DNA of 64,000 nucleotides, taken from contig BCKZ01000007.1 in NCBI GenBank assembly GCA_001600815.1, positions 310,001-374,000 on the forward strand, read 5' to 3'. A program made the position numbers and the translations under genes. This document shows, in pieces, positions 22,712 to 33,712 of this stretch. The notes beneath the pieces were generated by a model. That model searched no databases, was not told the DNA's origin, and saw only the letters and a list, made by a program, of their open reading frames with translations. The first letter of the stretch is position 1; every line of letters starts with the position of its first letter. This DNA is from Alloascoidea hylecoeti. Its lineage: Eukaryota.

Positions 22712-25618
22712 TTATTTAGTCCGTTTTCTTTTAGTTGGTCTAGCATTCTTATCCATTCTTTTCTGTTTATTAATTCGTTCTTTATAAATATCTGATGTTG
22801 ATTTTAATTCATTAACTGCTTTATCCGCAGTACGAGAATTATATTTCTTCTTTTGTTTTTCATAATTATCCCTAAACTTATCGGCTTTTTTAGGAGCTGC
22901 TTGTTTATTATGTTGAAATTTTTTATAACCCATAATATTAATATTACTTTCACCAGGTCTTCTTTCATTATTACGATTACCATTGTTATTTGAAATTTCA
23001 ACTGTACCAACTTTTGGTCCTTCTGTTTTATTTTTATTTTTCCAAGATTCAAATCTACCACTTCTATATGTTGCAGGTAATTTTGTACCATTTTCTGTAA
23101 CCATCAATTTAACACCTTCTTTAACATATTTACCCTTTTTCTTATCCCATTTGGCCTTTTGTGATTGATTATTTTTACCTTCATCTCCATTTAAATCAAA
23201 CGTATGTGATGAAAGTTGATATGGTGCTTCGAAATCTGTATAATGTTGTAAATAATTCTTATCTCTTGTATTTTTTTTCTTTTGTTTTTGTGCTCTATCA
23301 TTAGATCCAAAAGTAGATTCTATATCATCTTCATTTGCCATATCAACCTTGTCTTTCTCTTCTCCATCTTCCAATCCAAAATTAACAGCTGAATTAAGTA
23401 ATTGATCACTAGATCCATGAACCAAACCAGCTTCTCTTTCCATTTCTTGAATTTTTTTCTTTTCTTCTGCTTTCCTACGTATAGGAGCAATTTGAATTCT
23501 TCTCTTTTGCATTAATATAGCAGCTTCTGATGCACCATTACCTTTTGATAAAAATTCAAAAACTGTTTCTTTATTTCTTCGATTACCTAATTTCGCTAAA
23601 AAATTTAATTTTTCTTGTTCTGCCTTTTCAATTTTATCCTCTTTTGTTGCAAATAATAAATGAATATCGTTCCATGTTGAAATATTACCTGAATTTAAAG
23701 GATTTGTATTCGCAATTGATAATAATTCTTTTGTACGTTTAACACTCTCCATTGATGCTCCAGTTTTTGTACGTGTATACATTTCTTCACCTCTTTTTGC
23801 AACATCTTTCATCATTTGTAAATCATAATCTGAAACAAGTATTGAATTAACAATTTCCATCGAACTTTCAATTCCTGTTCTTGGTATACTACCTAAAGTT
23901 AATCTTTTTGAAAATAATTTTATTGGTGGTTCTTTACCTTTTGCAACTTTTATATAATCTTTTGCAAATAATAATTTTTTACCCAAAAAAACTTCTAAAT
24001 CTAATAAATATGGTAAATCTTGTTCTCTAATAATTGAATATGCCCAACCTTTATGTCCTGCTCTTGCTGTTCTACCAACACGATGAATGAAAATTTTAGG
24101 ATTTGATGGTAATGTATAATTAATAACATTTGCTAATAATGGAATATCAATACCACGAGCTGCAACATCAGTAACAACCATAATTGTTGCCTGTCCACTT
24201 CTAAATTTTTTTAATTGATCTCTTCTTGCATGTTGATCTAAAGATCCATAAACATAAGCAGTTGCATAACCAATTTTTTTCAACAATGTTGTAATATATT
24301 CAACATGATGTTTTGTTGGTACAAAAATAATTGATGAAAATTCAGATGGTAATATATCCTCAATTGTACGAATAAATTTCCCTTTTTTAAATTTCTTACC
24401 ATTTTTTTTATTATTCTTAAATTTTTTTTTCCTTGCATCATTATCATCATCTGAATCATTTTCATCTTTATCTTTTGTTTCTAAAGCTTTTAAAACTTCA
24501 GGACTTGCAAAAGGCATTTTAATAACATTTTTTAAAATATATAATAATGCTGATTCATTTTCATCTTTTTTAACTGAAAAAAATGATAATGATAAATCAT
24601 TACTTATTTTAGATTCTGCATCTAATCTAATTAAAATTGGATTTTGTAATCCTGCTTTTGCAAATTCAACTAATAATTTTGGTAATGTTGCACTAAATAA
24701 TAATGTTTGTCTTGTTGGTGGTAATAAATCTAATAAACCATTTAATTGTTCAGAAAAACCAGATTCAAATAATCTATCTGCTTCATCAAATACAATATAT
24801 TCAATAGTTGATAAATTTAATTTCATTTCAACTTGTAAATGTAAAAATCTACCAGGTGTTGCAATAATAATATCTGGATTTTTCATTAAAAATCCAAATT
24901 GTTCTTCTAATGAATCACCACCAATTAATACAGCAGTTCTTAAATTTGTACCTTTTGTAAAATCATCAACTACTTTAACTGTTTGTAATGCTAATTCTCT
25001 ACTTGGTGACATTATAATTGCTCTTATACCAACTTTTGCAGAATGTGTTTTTAGTTTTTCAATCATTGGTAAAATAAATGCTGCTGTTTTACCTGATCCT
25101 GTTCTTGCCATACCAACAACATCCCTATTATTTAAAATTAATGGAATTGCTTTCTGTTGAATTGGTGTTGGGGTACGGAATCCTTTTCTTTCAACATTTT
25201 TTTGTAATAATGATGATATTTTAAATTCAGAAAATGATTTTATTTCTTTTTCCTTTTTTTGTTTTTTCTTTACTATTGTTGTACTATCTTCATGATCATC
25301 ATCTTCTTCCTCTTCTTCATCACTACTATCATGTGCTTCTTCATTCTGTTTAGTGAAAAAAGAAGATGTCATTAACTCTTTGGTATTAGACTCAACTCCT
25401 TTATGATTTCCATTATCTTCTTCATCCTCTGAATCAGATAATTCAAGATTAGGAAATCCTTTATTCTCATTCTTATCCTCTTCTTCTTCATCACTACTGA
25501 CAATTTCATCAGATAAATAACCTGTATCACTGCCTTCATCACCATCACTAGATGAATCGGCATCTAATGCAACAGACTTTGTGATATCTAACTCATCATC
25601 ACTGGAATCGCTTGACAT
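22712..25618 (-). CDS. DBP10: DEAD-box RNA helicase Dbp10
   Basis: ARTGSGKT, DEAD, FSAT and HRVGRTARAG motifs, with the C-terminal LPATYRSGRFESWK (DBP10CT) motif. Confidence 0.95.
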   Translation of the reverse strand: MSSDSSDDELDITKSVALDADSSSDGDEGSDTGYLSDEIVSSDEEEEDKNENKGFPNLELSDSEDEEDNGNHKGVESNTKELMTSSFFTKQNEEAHDSSDEEEEEDDDHEDSTTIVKKKQKKEKEIKSFSEFKISSLLQKNVERKGFRTPTPIQQKAIPLILNNRDVVGMARTGSGKTAAFILPMIEKLKTHSAKVGIRAIIMSPSRELALQTVKVVDDFTKGTNLRTAVLIGGDSLEEQFGFLMKNPDIIIATPGRFLHLQVEMKLNLSTIEYIVFDEADRLFESGFSEQLNGLLDLLPPTRQTLLFSATLPKLLVEFAKAGLQNPILIRLDAESKISNDLSLSFFSVKKDENESALLYILKNVIKMPFASPEVLKALETKDKDENDSDDDNDARKKKFKNNKKNGKKFKKGKFIRTIEDILPSEFSSIIFVPTKHHVEYITTLLKKIGYATAYVYGSLDQHARRDQLKKFRSGQATIMVVTDVAARGIDIPLLANVINYTLPSNPKIFIHRVGRTARAGHKGWAYSIIREQDLPYLLDLEVFLGKKLLFAKDYIKVAKGKEPPIKLFSKRLTLGSIPRTGIESSMEIVNSILVSDYDLQMMKDVAKRGEEMYTRTKTGASMESVKRTKELLSIANTNPLNSGNISTWNDIHLLFATKEDKIEKAEQEKLNFLAKLGNRRNKETVFEFLSKGNGASEAAILMQKRRIQIAPIRRKAEEKKKIQEMEREAGLVHGSSDQLLNSAVNFGLEDGEEKDKVDMANEDDIESTFGSNDRAQKQKKKNTRDKNYLQHYTDFEAPYQLSSHTFDLNGDEGKNNQSQKAKWDKKKGKYVKEGVKLMVTENGTKLPATYRSGRFESWKNKNKTEGPKVGTVEISNNNGNRNNERRPGESNINIMGYKKFQHNKQAAPKKADKFRDNYEKQKKKYNSRTADKAVNELKSTSDIYKERINKQKRMDKNARPTKRKRTK

Positions 25619-25802
25619 TGTAAATAAGTAAAATCTATTTGTGTGAAAAATGAAAATTTAATTACACACACAAAAAATTTATTTTTTCCAAAATATGAAG
25701 AGGTGTATGGGTGTGATTATCAAAAGAATCAACTATCAAAATGAATAACAATTATAACTTAAATATACATAACCATTCATCAAAACAATAAATACTAATA
25801 TA

Positions 25803-26144
25803 ATGACAGCATCTGAGGAAACAGAAACATCAACAAGTCCACAACAACATACCATTGCAATGGCAAACTTCACGCATGATTATAATGAGCTTGTACATAC
25901 AATCACCCAAAGAATTCAAACTTTATCAAATCAAGCAGTTCAGAGTACAAAATATACAGATCAAACATGTCAGGAAGGAGTGATTAAAGATGCAGATACA
26001 ATTATTGATAAATTAAATCAATTATTAAAAGAATGTGATTTATTGGAACAAGAATTTATAAAAGTTGAACAATTAAAAATGATTACGGAAGATTTTGATG
26101 GAAGGTTAAAAGAATTAGAAAAATATTTTGCAATAGGGAAGTGA
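25803..26144 (+). CDS. CNL1: BLOC-1 subunit Cnl1-like coiled-coil protein
   Basis: 113-aa helical protein; the pattern DY..L...I...I and LL.ECD.LE..F....QL..IT..F..R matches yeast Cnl1 as recalled. Confidence 0.7.
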   Translation: MTASEETETSTSPQQHTIAMANFTHDYNELVHTITQRIQTLSNQAVQSTKYTDQTCQEGVIKDADTIIDKLNQLLKECDLLEQEFIKVEQLKMITEDFDGRLKELEKYFAIGK

Positions 26145-26253
26145 ATTAAATGTTAGTTTTTATTGTAATATATAACTATGCATAAACATAAGATAACAAT
26201 CTTCATATGTTTTTTTGTTGGTGGTATGTCAGTAGCATATACCGTCATTCCAC

Positions 26254-26449
26254 TTAATTTCGGCCACACTTTAAAATAAATATTCAGCGATGCTTATTAC
26301 AAATTATCGACCACTCCTTTCATTAATTAAACATCTCCATACTCTAAGCTCAAGTCATATACATGTATAATATTCCTATAGTATAGAAGAAATAATTAGT
26401 GAATGGGATGGGTGGCTGAATATTTAGCTTAAAATATGGCCGAAATTAA
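26254..26449. mobile_element. MITE-like element remnant with 35-bp imperfect terminal inverted repeats
   Basis: 26254-26288 versus reverse complement of 26415-26449 match at 31/35; there is no coding capacity between them. Confidence 0.55.
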
Positions 26450-27471
26450 TGATAGAATTAATCTACTCTAATAACAATTAAAAGAATTTAGAACTTCATA
26501 ACTATTTATAATTATTCATAGTATTCAAATGATAACCTGTAAGTAACTTTTAGATAACATATTTTAACTGAAATAACATTCCTTTTTCTCCCTTTTCTCT
26601 TAATTAAAGTTAATAATCATTCAATATGCTAATAGTGCGGGTTTCTTACTGTAGCAATCATAGGTTCGGAATTGGGACCAATTGCAATCTGTTGCGGCTG
26701 TCTCTAACTAAAATTTGGTCCTGATTTCTGTGTTCTATTAACAATTATAGGGAAATCGTCTTAGATTATTAATAGTCAACTCACTTGTGACATGAGAATC
26801 ACAAAATGATTGTGTCGTGCGAAAACAATTAGTCATTATAAGCAGTTCATTGAAATATTGCTATGTTGAAGATTTCTGCATAGATTATTTCCGAGAAATA
26901 CAAAAGATTAGGGTAGACCAGATCCAATCCAATCCAATATTTTGCGATTTAAAATGTTAAATTTTCTCAACGAATATATTTCAAAATTATTCCAATTCTA
27001 ATCTAAAAAAAATTATATATAAGTAGAAACATAAATGTGATACAGTTGTTTTACAATCCTCTTAATATTTTCTTTTATTGCTTCCAATCCTCGGCCGCAA
27101 CTTCTGTATAATATTAGTTAAATCATTATAGTATTGACGTATTCATTAATTTTTTCCATGCGCTTTCTGTAATGGGTTCACAAAGTTAGATGTTACTCTC
27201 CATAGACGTCCTCGAGTTCTCTTTGGTTGGCGCAATATAACACCAAACCTTAAACCAGCGAGTTAAGGTTCTTAAACCTATAAGTACAGTAATATAACGA
27301 TTTGAAGACTGTACATTAAGCTTATTATATATATAATTACATGTTAGGAAAGCACATATATAGGGCTATAAGCCCTCGTGTTACCCTTAATTATACATCT
27401 CTATTTACCATCTTTAAACATATCTATAAGAAGTATTAATCTCAATCTATAGGTATATCACAATTTTAACC

Positions 27472-28887
27472 ATGATATTGCATTTGAATATACAACTTAT
27501 ATCCCAATTGTTATTTATACTACAGTTGGTTTCTTTTGGTTTTGGGTTGAAATTATCACACAGAAAGGTGGGTCCTGTTTTATTCCCCGTACATATTGGA
27601 AATCCAAATCAGACAATATATACGTCCTTAACTTTTGAATTCCAATCAAGTTACTTTCTAGGAGATTCTTCATATTGTTCAGGTGAATATAAAAATGACT
27701 CAGTAGCTGCAATTAAAAATTCATATAGATCTATATACTGCACTGGGTACAATCCTGATATTTCAATTACTTATACTGAATTATCTAACGAAAATATTAA
27801 AAATATAACAATAGGAAATGAAAGTGGGACTTATTATAAAGTCTCAGATAATGTATCTATTGGTGAAATGAATTTCTCAAATAATTTCTATGTAGAATCA
27901 TCAGGAAATATCTCAAAATCAATAATGTCGATTTCAAAACCATTAAATGATATTGACCGAGGATTGACATTTTCAGAAAATTTATATCAAAAAGGATTAT
28001 CTAAGATAAATAGTGTTGCTATATGGTTAGGACAAGATGATTTCACTGGGATTGTTACTTTTGGAGGTATATACCGAAGCTTATTAAAAGAAGCAAATAT
28101 AAAAGAGTTTTCATCTGTTTATTTCTCGAAAAACGATTATGCAAATTATTTGACGACTCCGTTGGAACAAGTGAGACTTATAAGTGGTGGATTTGATTAC
28201 AATCTAAGAGCAAACATAACTTTTAGAGATGCAAATTACTTTTATTTCCCACGTGAACTCTTGCACTATATACTCGTTCTTTATAATGTGAATGGACCGG
28301 ACAAAAACGGAGAGTATATTGTTGATTGTCAAAAAGCTCGATCAATGGCAGGTGCTTTATATCTAACATTTCCTGCTGAAAATTCTGATAAGTCGGAATC
28401 GAAGGAAATGAGAATTCCGCTCAGTACCTTTTATGTTCATCCATATTATAATGGAACTTGTGCACTTCCAATTGGATCCACTACAGAGTTTGAGGATGTT
28501 GAAAAGGATGAGATCGTTATTGGACTTTATGCTGCTCATTGGTACTATCTCGTCTTTGACTATACCTCAAACTCGTTTAGCTTCGCAAATGTAGAATTTA
28601 ACCGGAAAACCTACAACAAGTTTATTTTATTTCAAAATAAATGGAATGACTTTTCTTTGGAACACAAGCGCTCTATTCCGCCCGATCTTCAGAAGTTCAT
28701 AGGATGTCTTCTTGCGATTGCAGTGATTGGGATTCCTACATTACTTATATCTTGTTGTGTACGTGAGCGACGACGACGACGACGAAATAATATTGGTCAA
28801 CCACCAACTGGAATAAATGTGAATAGGGCTTTTGAATTAGCAGGAGTAGATAGGCCAGCTGAGAGACAAATTCCCCAAAGAATTTAA
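27472..28887 (+). CDS. Pepsin/yapsin-fold type I membrane protein, probably catalytically inactive
   Basis: Signal peptide; VHIGNPNQ, YNPDISITY, VTFGGI, YIVDC and YYLVFD A1-fold landmarks; no DTG/DSG motif; C-terminal TM helix followed by CC and poly-Arg. Confidence 0.8.
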   Translation: MILHLNIQLISQLLFILQLVSFGFGLKLSHRKVGPVLFPVHIGNPNQTIYTSLTFEFQSSYFLGDSSYCSGEYKNDSVAAIKNSYRSIYCTGYNPDISITYTELSNENIKNITIGNESGTYYKVSDNVSIGEMNFSNNFYVESSGNISKSIMSISKPLNDIDRGLTFSENLYQKGLSKINSVAIWLGQDDFTGIVTFGGIYRSLLKEANIKEFSSVYFSKNDYANYLTTPLEQVRLISGGFDYNLRANITFRDANYFYFPRELLHYILVLYNVNGPDKNGEYIVDCQKARSMAGALYLTFPAENSDKSESKEMRIPLSTFYVHPYYNGTCALPIGSTTEFEDVEKDEIVIGLYAAHWYYLVFDYTSNSFSFANVEFNRKTYNKFILFQNKWNDFSLEHKRSIPPDLQKFIGCLLAIAVIGIPTLLISCCVRERRRRRRNNIGQPPTGINVNRAFELAGVDRPAERQIPQRI

Positions 28888-30683
28888 ATGGACCAATTGC
28901 AAAGCTAATCCCTTGGCTAAACTTCACTTACGTATAACTTACATAATTACCGAAATATGACCATAAGGGTATTCTATAGCCGCCATCAATTTATATATAT
29001 ATATTGTTCAACTTTACAAAGTACCTGGATTACTTTTCTTCCTGAAGTTTATACTAATGATTATAATTAAAATGCTTTTAACGGCAAAAAAAAATTATTG
29101 GCATACATACTTCGGTGTTATTACTTTTCTCCACATTTATGATTATAAGATTTGGAATTTCTGAGCATGGCCATATAAAGGAAAAGCTTTATTATATTGA
29201 CATAATGATTTAAGGTCGTGAAAGCAATATAGTTAATAGTGGTTTGTTTGAATCAAGTTAGAGGCATTCTTAAAACCTTACAAGATGTATTTTGTGTTAT
29301 TAATAAATCATATTCCACTGTTTTCTACTCGCCGCAATGATTAATTATAAGGTTTATTGGGTTTATGTAGTCTCACGCCAGCCGAGCATCGTATGAGAGC
29401 AAGACGCTGCAAGCACTATTTTAATGATGTAATTGAAATTAATATAAATAATAATAAAGAGCCTAAGAAGTCTTATCAAATTAAACAGCAATATGAATCG
29501 CAATTTATCTCGATTTACTTTTAAATTTGGTAAAATGATTTTGAATCATTTTATTACTGATCCTATAGATATGCAGCAGATATAGATAGTTTAGACTCTT
29601 GAGAGCTGTAATATATTAATTGTAAAATGCCAAATTCTATTACCGGTATGACCGTTATTATGCAGGGGCTATTGTAATTACTACTTTTAATTATGTACAT
29701 GTATACATATAAATAATAACCAAACGACCTTCTATTTAGAGAGCTCGAGGATTATTTCCTCCTTACATGATCTAATTTTTCTTATATAGTATTACTATTA
29801 TTTAAACATATTAATTGACCAGTCATGTATAACAACCATACCTATTCATTAAACATATCAATTGCCAGTCGAGTATATACGTATGTATAAATAAACTAGC
29901 TTTGCCCCATAATACATTCAATTTTTCTCCAAATTTGAGGTCCACACTAGAAATCCAGGACAGACAAGATTTTGACTAGGCCAGGGCCTTCCCCATACCT
30001 ATAAACGGTACATATTAGGTTGATAATAATTGTAGGGAATCAATATACCTATACATGTAGCTATATAATCTGATATTTCACTTGCCTATCTTGCCTGTTG
30101 AAGTTATGAATTCATTTTTAGACGTTTATAAATTAAATATACTCATTAATAGTATACCACAGAATTGTAATTGTACTTCATTTATATAAGGTATAATTAT
30201 AGGTACCGGTTATACATAATATTTATATATATCCATAGGTTTTTAAAACTAATCTAAAGAATCTCAAATCATTCTACACGAATTCGAGTCTAGACTAGAC
30301 TATTCTTTTCAAATTTATATATCAATATTATCCTTAACTGTTACAGAAACTCGATTTTTCCTCCACAAAGTTTTGACCTACCTAAAATCCAGTTTACTAC
30401 CAATAAACTTATTTTTTTTGGTGGAATTGAATTATATATGCCCATACTATTTGAATTCATGATCAAATATAAATAAATAACGAAGATAGATTTGCCCCAT
30501 ACAGTGCAGACCATGAAGGTCGCCCAAATTTTAGTACAAAGACTACAAAATTGATTTCACTCTTGGCGGTATAGTCACGTGTGTAAAACTTCTCAAACTC
30601 AAATGATAAAAATTCAAACCATGGAACTATCTTTTCACACATAAACACAAATTATAACAAACATATATATATACACGATAAAT

Positions 30684-32399
30684 ATGGGTAAAAGATCTAC
30701 CCCAGTGATAAGTGTTGGTCATGTGGGATCAAGAACACCTTCTGTGTCGGAATCTTTACAGGTTCCTAACGGAGAAATACGGAATTTGGGCCGTCAGCTT
30801 AATCGAGATCTAGATCGGGATATGGATACAAATGAAATTATGTCAGCCAACTTCTCAACCAGAGATCCCAAATTTGGACCTATAGGAAACTCATGGATAC
30901 AAAAGTTAATCGGAGGTTTAAGGAAATATGTCAAGTTTATTGGTCCTGGTTTGCTTGTCTCCGTGGCTTATATTGACCCTGGTAATTACTCTGCTGCTGT
31001 TGCTGCTGGTGCTGGTCATCGCTTCACTTTACTGTTTATTCTCCTTCTTTCGAACTTGTTTGCCATCTTTTTGCAAAGCTTGTGTATCAAACTGGGGAGT
31101 GTGACGGGTCTGGACTTGGCTCGTGCTTGTCGTGATTACCTTCCAAGATGGTTATCATTAATAATTTATGTTCTAGCTGAAGTTGCAATCATAGCGACTG
31201 ATGTTGCAGAGGTTATCGGAAGTGCTATTGCTTTGAATATTCTATTGAAGATTCCATTACCAGCAGGTGTTTGCTTAACAGTGGTTGATGTTCTCTTTGT
31301 TCTTATGGCATATAGACCAGGTTCATCAATGAAATTTGTTAGAATCTTTGAATACGTTGTTGCAGCTTTAGTTTTCGGTGTGGTTATTTGTTTTGCCATT
31401 GAATTATCTAGAATGCCTCCGGTCTCGGCAAGAGAAGTCTTTAGAGGTTTTGCTCCTTCAAAAGAAATGTTTAATGGAAATGGTGCATATGTGGCTTGTA
31501 GTTTATTAGGTGCTACTGTCATGCCCCATTCCCTATACCTGGGCTCAGGTTTAGTTCAACCACGATTACGTGAATTTGATGTTGATTCCGGTTACATTAG
31601 ATTATCTGAAGATGATAAAAAGAACCAAGAGGAGAGTTTTTATGCCTATAGACCAACTATTTATGCAATCAAGTATGCTTTAAAATATTCAATAATTGAG
31701 TTGGCTGTTACTTTGTTTACATTGGCTTTATTTGTTAATTGTTCGATTCTTATTGTTTCGGGAGCTACTTTATCCGGAACTCCAAATGCTGAAGATGCAG
31801 ATTTATATACAATTCATAATCTTTTATCATCACTTGTTGCACCAGCTGTCGGTACTGTTTTCATGTTAGCTCTTTTAATGTCTGGACAATCAGCTGGTAT
31901 TGTTTGCACAATCGCAGGACAAATGGTATCAGAAGGTTTTCTTAACTGGACAGTAACTCCATGGATAAGACGAATTATAACCAGATCTATAGCAATTCTA
32001 CCTTGTCTTGCTATTTCGGTTTCGATTGGTAAGAATGGGTTGGGTACTGCTTTAAATGCATCACAAGTTATTCTTAGTGTTTTATTACCATTCTTAACTG
32101 CTCCTTTGATTTATTTTACATGTAGAACACAGTTTATGAAGGTTAAACTCACTACTGAGCAAATTAATTCAGGGGAATTTAACAATATTACGCATGTTGA
32201 AGAAAATAATGAAAATGCCGATATTGAATTAGATAATACTTCTAGTAATGATCATAATTTAAATCGAGCACAATCTATTTCTGGATATATTGATATGTCA
32301 AATAATTGGATTACTGGTATTATTTCAATTCTTATTTGGGGTTTTATATCCGGTTTGAATATTTATATGATTGTCATGCTAGCAATGGGTAAGTCATAA
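30684..32399 (+). CDS. SMF1: NRAMP divalent metal (Mn) transporter
   Basis: AYIDPGNY, GATVMPHSL and AGQMVSEG motifs. Confidence 0.9.
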   Translation: MGKRSTPVISVGHVGSRTPSVSESLQVPNGEIRNLGRQLNRDLDRDMDTNEIMSANFSTRDPKFGPIGNSWIQKLIGGLRKYVKFIGPGLLVSVAYIDPGNYSAAVAAGAGHRFTLLFILLLSNLFAIFLQSLCIKLGSVTGLDLARACRDYLPRWLSLIIYVLAEVAIIATDVAEVIGSAIALNILLKIPLPAGVCLTVVDVLFVLMAYRPGSSMKFVRIFEYVVAALVFGVVICFAIELSRMPPVSAREVFRGFAPSKEMFNGNGAYVACSLLGATVMPHSLYLGSGLVQPRLREFDVDSGYIRLSEDDKKNQEESFYAYRPTIYAIKYALKYSIIELAVTLFTLALFVNCSILIVSGATLSGTPNAEDADLYTIHNLLSSLVAPAVGTVFMLALLMSGQSAGIVCTIAGQMVSEGFLNWTVTPWIRRIITRSIAILPCLAISVSIGKNGLGTALNASQVILSVLLPFLTAPLIYFTCRTQFMKVKLTTEQINSGEFNNITHVEENNENADIELDNTSSNDHNLNRAQSISGYIDMSNNWITGIISILIWGFISGLNIYMIVMLAMGKS

Positions 32400-32634
32400 A
32401 ATAATTAAAATTGTAAGCATAATTCTTGAAGATTTAGCTTTTTCTATATCATTTAAATTGCAACCACCATATACGTATCAATTATAGACATTTTTGCATC
32501 ATAGCATATAGTTATATACATATAACATTTAATGCCTTAATTATTTTGGTTCATAATATTATCTTGTTATAAGAATGTTAACGTAGCAATTGTTTTTTAA
32601 CAAAATTGGTAAAGGTTGTTTTCAAAATTAATGT

Positions 32635-33465
32635 TTAACAGGAACAACCAGATTGTTTTATATCAGTTGAACTTTGTAAATCAATTGAATCAGTTTCATT
32701 ATTTTCTTTTCTTAAATGTTTGTTATTGATAATACCCCTCGCAAGTTCAAGAAATAAATCATTTACTTGTTCGTTTTCTTTAGCAGTAACTTCGTAAAAT
32801 CCTTCGATATCAATTCCTCGATCTATTAAGTTTTTGGAATAATTTGAAATATCTTTATGATGAACTTCTCGTTCTGATGATTTATCATATTTATTTCCAA
32901 CAATCATTCTAATTGCATTTGGTGAACAAAAGATAAGAGATTCTTCAACCCAGTGATCAATATCTTGGAATGTCTTTTTATTTGTGATATCATAGACCAA
33001 CATAATCCCTTGTGCTCCTCTATAAAAATTTCTTGTGATTGATCTATATCTTTCTTGACCAGCAGTATCCTAATATAAATATAAAAATCGAATTTTAGTT
33101 TTGTTGAAGGATCATGGTATTGATTCCAAAAGGGGTATGAATATGGTCGAGGGATAATTGCAATGTGTTGAATATAGCTTTAAATAGATCTTCTTACAAA
33201 TACAACAGCCTTATAAAACTTCCCATCACATTGAATCGTTTTGGCTTGTAAATCAACACCAACAGTCGCAATCCAACTGGCTTCGTTGAAAGCATTTTCT
33301 GTGAATTGAACAGTTAAAGCTGACTTTCCTACACCAGAAGAACCTGGCCACCACAGCGCGTTAGGTGATTACTTATAATTATAATAATTATCAGATCATC
33401 TCAAAAATATTTAAAAGCATACCAATCAACAGTAGTTTAATAGTTGCAACTTCTTTGTCTGACAT
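32635..33465 (-). CDS. Rab GTPase, Rab18-like; introns 33422-33344 and 33197-33070
   Basis: Spliced product MSDKEVATIKLLLIG|SSGVGKS..ATVGVDL..VVF|DTAGQERYRSITRNFYRGAQG..GNKYD..GCSC (CxC prenylation). Confidence 0.85.
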
Positions 33466-33712
33466 TTTAAAGATGATGATGCTTATAACAATTTTAAAAG
33501 AGGTGGTGTAAAAAAAGTGTGGAGATTGTAGTCAAAAAGTGTTTGCAACTTTTGATACGCTTGTTGGAGAATCGTGATACACTTTAAACATTTACAATAA
33601 ATCATCTTTTAGCTAACCATCGCAAAAATATAAAAATTAAAATATTCATAAATTCATTCTCATTAATTAAAATTAACATGATAATGAAATACTATATAAG
33701 TTATAGTTTTAT

